Positions 18,242 to 25,709 of a stretch of DNA of 52,848 nt are shown here, piece by piece. Where the stretch lies: assembly GCA_052146895.1 (NCBI GenBank), contig JBKQLZ010000116.1, positions 1-52,848 on the forward strand, in the 5' to 3' direction. Within the stretch, counting starts at the first letter, position 1. The number at the start of each line of letters is the position of its first letter. Origin of the DNA: Acidimicrobiales bacterium (GTDB taxonomy: Bacteria; Actinomycetota; Acidimicrobiia; Acidimicrobiales; Bog-793). Under the pieces are notes generated by a model, which ran no database searches, had not been told where the DNA came from, and saw only the letters and a list, made by a program, of their open reading frames with translations. The translations under genes were made by a program, and so were the position numbers.

Positions 18242-19489
18242 GTGACAGTGACAGTGATCGGCATCCCGGTCGACGAGGCGCCATCGTGGCTCAAGAGTCA
18301 CGAGGCGCTCATCTCCGGGGCAGATCTCGTGGCTCTCGCGCCGGGCAGGCTGTCGGCAGAAGTGGGCGCCTTGTTGCAAGGAAGCGCCCGGATCGTGCCT
18401 ATCACCGGGGAGATCGCCGCAGCGGTGTCGGAGATAGAGCAAGCGGAGCAGGCCGGCAAGTCGGTTGTGGTGCTGGCGACGGGCGACCCAGGCTTTTTCG
18501 GTATCGGCCGGGCGCTCGCAGACCGTCTCGGGCCTGGCGTGGTCGAGGTGCGCCCGGCGGCGTCGTCGGTCGCCGTCGCGTTCGGGCGCGTCGGCCTGCC
18601 ATGGGACGACGCCATCGTCGTCTCGGCACACGGACGCCCTCTCGACGCCGCGGTCGAGGCGCTGCGGGGGACGGACAAGGCCGCGGTTCTGACCGGCCCG
18701 GACGCTCTGCCTGAGAGGCTGGGCGCGGCGCTTCGTGGCGCTGGGATCAGTTACGAGCACGCCGTCGTCGGGTCCGACCTCGGGTCCTCGCAGGAACGGG
18801 TCGAAAGCGGTGACATCGAGTGGCTGGCTAGTGGGAGCTTCTCGCCGCAGAGCGTCGTTCTCCTCTGGAATGGGTCGGGCGTGGCAGCCTCTCCTGTGCT
18901 CTCGACGGCGATAGTGAGAGGGCGCGCAGCGGGGGAGTTCGGGCGGGCGGAGACTTCGTACGAGCACCGCGACGGGATGATCACGAAGTCGGAGGTCCGA
19001 GCGATCTGTCTCGCCCATCTCGAGCTCCCGCAGTCCGGCATCCTCTGGGATGTCGGGGCAGGCTCCGGGAGCGTCGGCATCGAGGCGGCGTCGCTGGCAC
19101 CCGGCTTGCAGGTGATGGCCGTCGAACGGTCAGCCGACGATGCGGACCGGATACGCCGGAACGCGGACCAGCAGGGCGTGACGATCGAGGTTGTCAACGA
19201 CGAGGCTCCGGGTTGCCTGTCGAAACTCCCCGATCCTGACCGCGTCTTTGTCGGTGGTGGCGGGCTGGTGGTACTCGACGAGGTGCTCGCGCGTCTGCGA
19301 GTGGGTGGACGCGTTGTCGCGACTTACGCCTCCATGGATCGGGCAGTCGCAGGCGCGAGCCGCCTCGGGAATCTCGTGCAGATCTCGGCCAGTCGGGGCG
19401 CAACGCTTCCCGACGGAACGTGGCGCCTGCACTCCCTCGACCCGGTCTTCATATGTTGGGGTCCCGCCGCGGCGTCGGGTAGCCCGTGA
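18242..19489 (+). CDS. cbiET: Bifunctional cobalt-precorrin-7 C5-methyltransferase / cobalt-precorrin-6B C15-methyltransferase (CbiE-CbiT, CobL-like)
   Basis: CbiE part VLATGDPGFFGIG and VSAHGR; CbiT part MITKSEVRA, WDVGAGSGSVGIE, PDRVFVGGGG. Confidence 0.92.
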   Translation: MTVTVIGIPVDEAPSWLKSHEALISGADLVALAPGRLSAEVGALLQGSARIVPITGEIAAAVSEIEQAEQAGKSVVVLATGDPGFFGIGRALADRLGPGVVEVRPAASSVAVAFGRVGLPWDDAIVVSAHGRPLDAAVEALRGTDKAAVLTGPDALPERLGAALRGAGISYEHAVVGSDLGSSQERVESGDIEWLASGSFSPQSVVLLWNGSGVAASPVLSTAIVRGRAAGEFGRAETSYEHRDGMITKSEVRAICLAHLELPQSGILWDVGAGSGSVGIEAASLAPGLQVMAVERSADDADRIRRNADQQGVTIEVVNDEAPGCLSKLPDPDRVFVGGGGLVVLDEVLARLRVGGRVVATYASMDRAVAGASRLGNLVQISASRGATLPDGTWRLHSLDPVFICWGPAAASGSP

Positions 19490-21192
19490 AAGTTCTCACC
19501 GTGTCGGTCACCGAGGCCGGCCGTGCTCTCGCCTCCCGGCTGCCGTACGAACGGACTCACGGTGAGCTGGCGGCGACCGTCCGCGGGCGGTGGAACGAGG
19601 TCGACGCTTTCGTCGTCATCATTGCCGTCGGAGCCGCCGTGCGGATCATCGCTCCGTTGCTCTCGGACAAGGCGACCGACCCCGGGGTCGTCTGCGTCGA
19701 CGACGCCGGGCGTCACGTCGTCGCGGTGCTAGGCGGGCATGCCGGCTCCGCGAACGCCCTCGCGCTGGAGGTCGCCGCAACGCTCGGAGCCGAACCGGTG
19801 ATCACCACGGCAACAGACTCGACTTCGACCGTGGCGCTCGACCAATTGCCCGGACTCAGCGCAAGCGGCGACATAGCCGGCGTGACCGCGGCGATGCTGA
19901 ACGGCGCGCGTCCGGCTCTGGACCGCCGCATCGAGTGGGCTTTACCTGAAGTGCTGCTGGCGGCAACTCTGGCGTCAGGCGGGGGCGGCGAGGTAGGCGG
20001 GGGCGATCAGCGCGATCTCCCCAGGATCATCCTCTCGGACGAGGTGGTCGCAGCGCTCCCTATGACGGTCACTCTCTGCCCCGGCTCACTCGTCGCCGGC
20101 ATCGGCACTTCGACCGATGCGCCGCCGGACGAAGTCGCCGACCTCCTGCAGACAACCCTGGCAGCGGCAGGGCTCAATCGAGCTGCAGTCACAGAGGTGG
20201 CGACGATCGACCGGCGACGCACGCATCCCGCCGTCGAAGGCATCGGGCTCAGGGTCACGTCATATGCCGCGCCAGTACTCGCCGCCGTCCGAGTGCCGAC
20301 ACCGAGCAGCACGGTCAACGACGCGGTCGGAACGCCGAGCGTGGCGGAAGCCGCCGCTCTGCTTGCCGCAGGCCCAGGTTCCACCCTCGTGGTCACCAAG
20401 CGCACCTCGCCACACGCCACGGCCGCAATCGCACGGCGGGCGCACCCCCCGGGCAAGATCGCCCTCGTGGGGCTCGGACCCGGCGGACCGGGTCTGCGAG
20501 CCCCTGACGCCACCGCCGCATTGCGCAACGCGGACACCGTGATCGGATTTCATCCGTATCTCGAGCAGTGTGCGGACGCACTCGGCTCGTCACAAGACGT
20601 GTGTGGCTCCCCTATCGGAGATGAGGTGGGAAGAGCGCGGCTCGCGGTCGAGCGTGCCCGCCAAGGGCGATCGGTCGCTGTCGTGTGCTCGGGGGACAGC
20701 GGTGTCTATGCGATGGCCTCCCTCGTGTTCGAGGAAGCAGGCGACGCGCCGGGATTCGCTCTGGAGGTCATCCCAGGAATCACGGCCGCCCTGGCCGCCG
20801 CGGCCCGCCTGGGGGCTCCGCTCGGGCACGACCACCTCGTGCTCTCCCTATCCGACCTGCTCACACCGTGGGACTTGATCCGGTCCCGTGTCGAGGCGGC
20901 GCGCGAGGCGGACCTCGTGATAGCGCTCTACAACCCCCGGTCCAAGCAACGCAACTGGCAGTTGCAAAGGGTGTGCGAGCTGCTCTTGACCAGCCGCCCT
21001 GGATCGACTCCGGTTGGAGTCGTCACCGACGTAGGCCGACCGGGAGAGCAGATCACGTTGACCACGCTCGCCGAGCTGGACCCGGAGCTGGTAGGGATGA
21101 CGACGTGCGTGATCATCGGCTCCTCGACCACGAGGGTCATCGGTGGCCGGATGGTTACGCCGCGGGGCTACAGGCGCGAGGCACCGGGGTGA
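19486..21192 (+). CDS. cbiGH: CbiG-CbiH/CobJ fusion (cobalt-precorrin-5A hydrolase plus C17-methyltransferase)
   Basis: CbiG part DKATDPGVVCVD, GGHAGSAN, ITTATD, GTPSVAEAAAL; CbiH part VGLGPG, CSGDSGVYAMA, GAPLGHD, LSLSDLLTPW, LYNPRS, MVTPRGY. Confidence 0.93.
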   Translation: MKVLTVSVTEAGRALASRLPYERTHGELAATVRGRWNEVDAFVVIIAVGAAVRIIAPLLSDKATDPGVVCVDDAGRHVVAVLGGHAGSANALALEVAATLGAEPVITTATDSTSTVALDQLPGLSASGDIAGVTAAMLNGARPALDRRIEWALPEVLLAATLASGGGGEVGGGDQRDLPRIILSDEVVAALPMTVTLCPGSLVAGIGTSTDAPPDEVADLLQTTLAAAGLNRAAVTEVATIDRRRTHPAVEGIGLRVTSYAAPVLAAVRVPTPSSTVNDAVGTPSVAEAAALLAAGPGSTLVVTKRTSPHATAAIARRAHPPGKIALVGLGPGGPGLRAPDATAALRNADTVIGFHPYLEQCADALGSSQDVCGSPIGDEVGRARLAVERARQGRSVAVVCSGDSGVYAMASLVFEEAGDAPGFALEVIPGITAALAAAARLGAPLGHDHLVLSLSDLLTPWDLIRSRVEAAREADLVIALYNPRSKQRNWQLQRVCELLLTSRPGSTPVGVVTDVGRPGEQITLTTLAELDPELVGMTTCVIIGSSTTRVIGGRMVTPRGYRREAPG

Positions 21193-21416
21193 GGCTCGAA
21201 GTGAGCGGCCGAGCAAGTCCGAAGGTGAGCCCGATCGAGGTGCTGGAAACCTGCACGGCCTGCGGCGCCTGCATCGTCACCTGCCCGGAGCGCGCCCTCC
21301 TACCCGCGCCTGGCCGGCCAGTGGTGGTGGCAGCACTGTGCACCTCCTGTGGCGAGTGCATCGAGATCTGCCCCCGCGGCTCGCTGGTGGAATCGGGTTC
21401 GATCCTCAGTGACTGA
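21189..21416 (+). CDS. 2x[4Fe-4S] dicluster ferredoxin
   Basis: Two CxxCxxCxxxCP motifs (CTACGACIVTCP, CTSCGECIEICP). GTGA overlap with cbiGH; alternative start GTG 21225. Confidence 0.88.
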   Translation: MRLEVSGRASPKVSPIEVLETCTACGACIVTCPERALLPAPGRPVVVAALCTSCGECIEICPRGSLVESGSILSD

Positions 21417-22041
21417 ACCGACGGGCATGCCGAAGCCGACCGAGATCCATCCGATCGAGGAGGAGAGCTTCCGCCGCCTCGCCGCGCGGATTGATCTCTC
21501 GCACCTACCGCCGCTGACGAGAGCAATCGTCGCCCGGGTAATCCATGCCACGGCGGACCTCTCGTTCGCTGACTCGATCGTCGTCGACGAGGAGGCGGCC
21601 GCAAATGCGGTGAAAGCACTCGCTGAAGGAGCTCCGGTGATCACGGACGTCGAGATGGTGCGCTCCGGTGTGCGTGGAAGCCATTGTTTCCTCGAGCTCG
21701 CCCGCAAGAGAGCCCAGGACGAGAACCACAAGGACAACGACCCAGCCCTGACCCTCAGCGCTCGCGCGATCCAGCTGGCAGCCAAAGCCCACCCCGACGG
21801 CGCGATCTTTGCGATCGGTTGCGCACCGACAGCTCTCGATCAGCTCGTCACGCTCGCCGAGCAGGGCAAGGTCCGGCCAGTCCTCGTGGTCGGAGTCCCA
21901 GTTGGCTTCGTAGGTGCGGCCGAGTCGAAGGAACGGCTCCGCATGAGCACGGCGGACATCCCCTCCATCTCGAACATCGGCGAGCGGGGCGGGTCGGCGG
22001 TGGCAGCGGCGATAGTCAACGCCCTCGGGAGGCAGCGTTGA
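21409..22041 (+). CDS. cbiC: Cobalt-precorrin-8 methylmutase
   Basis: Motifs HPIEEESF, RVIHATAD, TDVEMVRSG, IGCAPTAL, PVGFVGAAESKE, RGGSAVAAAIVNAL. Confidence 0.93.
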   Translation: MTEPTGMPKPTEIHPIEEESFRRLAARIDLSHLPPLTRAIVARVIHATADLSFADSIVVDEEAAANAVKALAEGAPVITDVEMVRSGVRGSHCFLELARKRAQDENHKDNDPALTLSARAIQLAAKAHPDGAIFAIGCAPTALDQLVTLAEQGKVRPVLVVGVPVGFVGAAESKERLRMSTADIPSISNIGERGGSAVAAAIVNALGRQR

Positions 22042-22916
22042 GCGACCAGCCCGCCCTCCTCCTCATCGGCCACGGGAGCCGCTCGACCGCCGGCGTCGCC
22101 CAGTTCTGGCAGTTCACGGATGTCTTGCAGCTCGCCGCGCCACACCTCCAGATCGGGAGCGGTCTCATCGAATTTGCAGCACCCAGCCTCGACGAGGCCA
22201 TCGACACGCTCGTTGCCGAAGGGGCGGCAGGCGTCGTCGCTGTGCCGCTCGTCCTGCTGGGTGCAGGGCACATGAAAGACGACGGACCCGCCGCGCTTGC
22301 CCGCGCCCGCACTCGGCATCCCGAGATCCCGTTCGCCTACGCCCGCGACCTCGGAGTGCATCCACTCGTCCTCGAGGCCGTCGAGTCCAAGACCCGCGCG
22401 GCGGTGCATCACCTCCCGCGCCGAGCCGCCGAGCCGAGCGATGCAGCCGTCGTCCTCGTCGGGCGTGGATCGACCGACCCCGACGCAAATGGCGACCTCT
22501 ACAAAGCTGCACGCCTCCTCGCCGACCATCGCTCCATCGGAGGAGATGAGACCCTCGACGAGGTCCAGCCGGCCTTCGTCTCGCTCGCTCGCCCGTCGAT
22601 TGCCGAAGCCCTGGATCGGCTCCACCGTCTTGGCGCGTCCCGCATCGCCGTCGTCCCGTACTTCCTGTTCACCGGCGTCCTTGTCGACCGAATCGCGGAC
22701 GAGGCGAACGAGTGGGCATCAGCGCACCCAGAGGTCACTCTCGTGTGTGGCGAGGAGATCGGGCCGGACGCACGGATCGCTCAGCTCGTTCTCGAGCGCT
22801 TCGAGGAGGCGGTCTCCGGTGAGGCCCGCATGAACTGCGACGCCTGCTGCTACCGGGTGCCGATGCCTGGCTACACAGAGCGCGTGGGCTCACCGCCTGC
22901 AGGCCTGCCGGGCTAG
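22038..22916 (+). CDS. cbiX: Sirohydrochlorin cobaltochelatase (long CbiX with C-terminal MxCxxC)
   Basis: Motifs LIGHGSR, AGHMKDD, VGRGSTDPDAN, PYFLFTG, MNCDACCYR. TTG start overlaps the cbiC stop. Confidence 0.9.
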   Translation: MSDQPALLLIGHGSRSTAGVAQFWQFTDVLQLAAPHLQIGSGLIEFAAPSLDEAIDTLVAEGAAGVVAVPLVLLGAGHMKDDGPAALARARTRHPEIPFAYARDLGVHPLVLEAVESKTRAAVHHLPRRAAEPSDAAVVLVGRGSTDPDANGDLYKAARLLADHRSIGGDETLDEVQPAFVSLARPSIAEALDRLHRLGASRIAVVPYFLFTGVLVDRIADEANEWASAHPEVTLVCGEEIGPDARIAQLVLERFEEAVSGEARMNCDACCYRVPMPGYTERVGSPPAGLPG

Positions 22917-23045
22917 TCCCTGGCCCCGCGACGCAGACCGTCTTCCCAGCCTGCAATCCCTGCGCGCCGCCTGGCCGTAACGCGGGTGCGCGAGCATGGG
23001 ACTGCACGTGTGCGCAGCCGGAGACACGCACGAGAGACGGAACTG

Positions 23046-23822
23046 ATGACCACGAGCAGCACCGAGCCCGAAGGGCCGCCCGAAAGTCCCTTCGACATCG
23101 CCGAGGCGATCCCCGCCGAGGGTGGTACGCGGCGCGACAAAATCACCCACGTCGGCCGCCGAACCGTGCTCGGACTGGTGGGGTTCGGCGCCCTCGGCAT
23201 CGCCGTCGGTGCGCGGGTCGATGACGCCATTAGCGGCTCGCTCACCAAGGTCTCGAGTGCACTCGGCGGGCTCGGCGCTCTCATACCTGGAGCGAACGAC
23301 TTCCGGATCTACACCATCACCGGCTCCATCCCGACGATTGACCCGAAGACTTACCGCCTGACGGTCAACGGCATGGTCGACCGCCCGCTCTCGCTGTCGC
23401 TCGACGACCTTCGCACGAAAATGCCTCGCACGGATCTCGTCCACTACTTCCAGTGCGTCACCGGCTGGCGGGTGCCCGACGTGCACTGGCAGGGGGTCAA
23501 GCTCTCCGCCGTTCTCGATGTGGCGGGGGTGCAGTCGAAGGCGACCGCGTTGCGTCTCTTCTCGGGCGACGGCGAGTACACCGAGAGCCTCACGCTTTCG
23601 CAGGCTCGCCTTCCCAACGTGCTGGTCGCCGACCGGATGATCGGCGACGACGTCACGCCCGAGCATGGCGGCCCTGTCCGCATGTACGTCGCTCCCATGT
23701 ACGGGTACAAGTCGATCAAGTGGCTCGACCGAATCGAGGTGACGAACGAGGTCGTGCCCGGCTACTGGGAGGACGGAGGGTACCCGGTAAACGCCTGGAT
23801 CAACGGAGTCGTCGAGTCGTGA
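23046..23822 (+). CDS. Molybdopterin-dependent oxidoreductase (sulfite oxidase/MsrP-like)
   Basis: FQCVTGW (Mo-ligand Cys), EHGGPVR, YGYKSIKWL, GYWE. Twin-arginine-like GRRTVLG followed by a hydrophobic stretch. Confidence 0.88.
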   Translation: MTTSSTEPEGPPESPFDIAEAIPAEGGTRRDKITHVGRRTVLGLVGFGALGIAVGARVDDAISGSLTKVSSALGGLGALIPGANDFRIYTITGSIPTIDPKTYRLTVNGMVDRPLSLSLDDLRTKMPRTDLVHYFQCVTGWRVPDVHWQGVKLSAVLDVAGVQSKATALRLFSGDGEYTESLTLSQARLPNVLVADRMIGDDVTPEHGGPVRMYVAPMYGYKSIKWLDRIEVTNEVVPGYWEDGGYPVNAWINGVVES

Positions 23823-24571
23823 GTGGCGGCTCATCTCCCCCGGCGCAGCCGAACAGGGCAGGGGGAAAGAAGAGCGAAGTGTCGCGTTTCGACCTGAATG
23901 AGCGCCTTGTGCACTGGACGACGGCGCTCCTGCTCCTCACCCTCATCGTCACAGGCACGATCTTGTACATCCCGTCTCTCATGTTGAAGGTCGGTAACCG
24001 GGCGACCGTCGTCAACATCCACGTCATCACCGGGCTCGCTCTAGTCGGTCCCGTCTTCTTCGGCCTCCTCGGGCCATGGCGCTCCCGCCTGGCAAAGGAC
24101 TTCCAACGGCTCGATCGCTGGAAGCGCAACGACTTCGCCTACTTCCGCCGGGGGGATCGCACTGCGGTGGCGAACGGGAAGTTCAACGCCGGTCAGAAAC
24201 TCTCGGCTGCCATCTTCGGCGGCGGCATGCTCGTCATGATCGGCACCGGCATCGTCATGAGGTGGTCGCCTCCGTTCCCGAACTGGTGGGCACAGGGAGC
24301 GACTCTCGCGCACGACACGATCTACCTGGTCCTGACAGTTCTGGTCCTCGGCCACGTCGTGATGGCGTTGTCCCGTCCTGAGCAGCTCAAGTCGATGTTC
24401 ACCGGGCAGATCTCCCGCGCCTGGGCCGAACGCAACGCTCCAGGCTGGCTCGACGGCACCGACATCAGCGGCCGTCCGGGCCGCGGCCGAGCCCCAGCTG
24501 AGACTCGACCTCGGCCGAGTGCTCGCCGAGACGAGGCGGTGCCAGCCGGTAAGTCACCGGCGTCCGGCTGA
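23819..24571 (+). CDS. Cytochrome b/b6-domain membrane protein (FdnI-like)
   Basis: Motifs RFDLNERLVHW, IHVITG, GKFNAGQK, AHD..., GHVVMA, MFTG. GTGA overlap with the Mo enzyme gene. Confidence 0.85.
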   Translation: MSGGSSPPAQPNRAGGKKSEVSRFDLNERLVHWTTALLLLTLIVTGTILYIPSLMLKVGNRATVVNIHVITGLALVGPVFFGLLGPWRSRLAKDFQRLDRWKRNDFAYFRRGDRTAVANGKFNAGQKLSAAIFGGGMLVMIGTGIVMRWSPPFPNWWAQGATLAHDTIYLVLTVLVLGHVVMALSRPEQLKSMFTGQISRAWAERNAPGWLDGTDISGRPGRGRAPAETRPRPSARRDEAVPAGKSPASG

Positions 24572-25709
24572 AGCGCATTGGGCTCGCCACCTGAGCGGCC
24601 GGATCGGGCTCGGAGGCCGGGCGATCCGCACCGCCGGTGCTTGTGACATGCACCACCGGTGAGAGCCCCACCTTCTCCGCAAGAGCGAACGCCTCAGCGA
24701 CGTCGTTCACGACGCCGCTCGGTATCCCGGCCGCATTGAGCAGCTCTACCCACTCGGCAGCAGAGCGGGCCGAGAGCGCCTCCTCCAGCTCGGCGACCAT
24801 CTCGTCACGGTTCGCCACTCGATCGGCATTCCGCTCATAACGGGAGTCCGCCCCCATCCACCCCTTCCCCACCACTCTCGCCAGCGCGGCGAATTGGCCG
24901 TCGTTACCTACGGCAACGACGAACTGCCTATCGGATGCAGCGAGCGTCTCGTAGGGAGCGATGCTCGGGTGGCGGTTGCCCATGGCACGCGGGATCGACC
25001 CGGTCGTCAGGTACGTCGACGCCTGGTTGATGAGAGCGGCGAGCGAGCTCGACAGCAGGTCCACCTCGATCCGCTGGCCCCGGCCGCTCGAGGAGCGCTC
25101 GACGAGCGCGGCGAGCACGGCGTTCGAGGCGAACAGGGCGGTGAGCACGTCGACGAGCGCAACCCCAACCTTGCGCGGCTGGCCGTGCGGGCCTCCGTCG
25201 CCTGTGATCGACATGAGGCCACCGACGGCCTGAACCAGGAAGTCGTAGCCGGGAAGCTGGGCTCCTTCCCCACTCGAGCCAAAGCCCGATATCGAGCAGT
25301 ACACGACGCGAGGGTTCGTCGCGGTGATCTCGTCGTAGGCAAGGCCTAGCTTGGCGGCACCGCCGGGCTTGAAGTTCTCGATGACCACGTCGGCGCGCTC
25401 GGCTAGAGCCCGAGCCTTGCGCCGGCCATCGGGCGTCGCGAGATCCCACGCGACCGCCCGCTTGTTGCGATTGATCGACAGGTAATACGAGGTCGTCTGG
25501 TCCCCGGCGTCGGCCGCGCCGGCACTGACGAACGGAGGCCCGAACCCCCTTGTGTCGTCGCCAGCCCCCGGCCGCTCGACCTTCACCACGTCCGCACCCA
25601 GGTCGCCGAGCATCATCGCTGCGTACGGTCCCGCGACGACACGTGAGAAGTCCGCTACGAGGAGCCCGTCGAGCGGGCCGGCGCTTCGCCCACGCTTAGG
25701 AGCACTCAC
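24465..25709 (-). CDS. Family III CoA-transferase (CaiB/BaiF)
   Basis: Motifs PLDGLLVADFSRVVAGP, LGADVVKVE, NRNKR, ENFKPG, SISGFG, GYD, PPRLGEH. Confidence 0.93.
   Translation of the reverse strand: MSAPKRGRSAGPLDGLLVADFSRVVAGPYAAMMLGDLGADVVKVERPGAGDDTRGFGPPFVSAGAADAGDQTTSYYLSINRNKRAVAWDLATPDGRRKARALAERADVVIENFKPGGAAKLGLAYDEITATNPRVVYCSISGFGSSGEGAQLPGYDFLVQAVGGLMSITGDGGPHGQPRKVGVALVDVLTALFASNAVLAALVERSSSGRGQRIEVDLLSSSLAALINQASTYLTTGSIPRAMGNRHPSIAPYETLAASDRQFVVAVGNDGQFAALARVVGKGWMGADSRYERNADRVANRDEMVAELEEALSARSAAEWVELLNAAGIPSGVVNDVAEAFALAEKVGLSPVVHVTSTGGADRPASEPDPAAQVASPMRFSRTPVTYRLAPPRLGEHSAEVESQLGLGRGPDGR

Noticed and set aside
22917-23045. Moco or cobalamin riboswitch before the molybdoenzyme
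   Set aside because: No recognisable consensus by eye; an Infernal scan would be needed.
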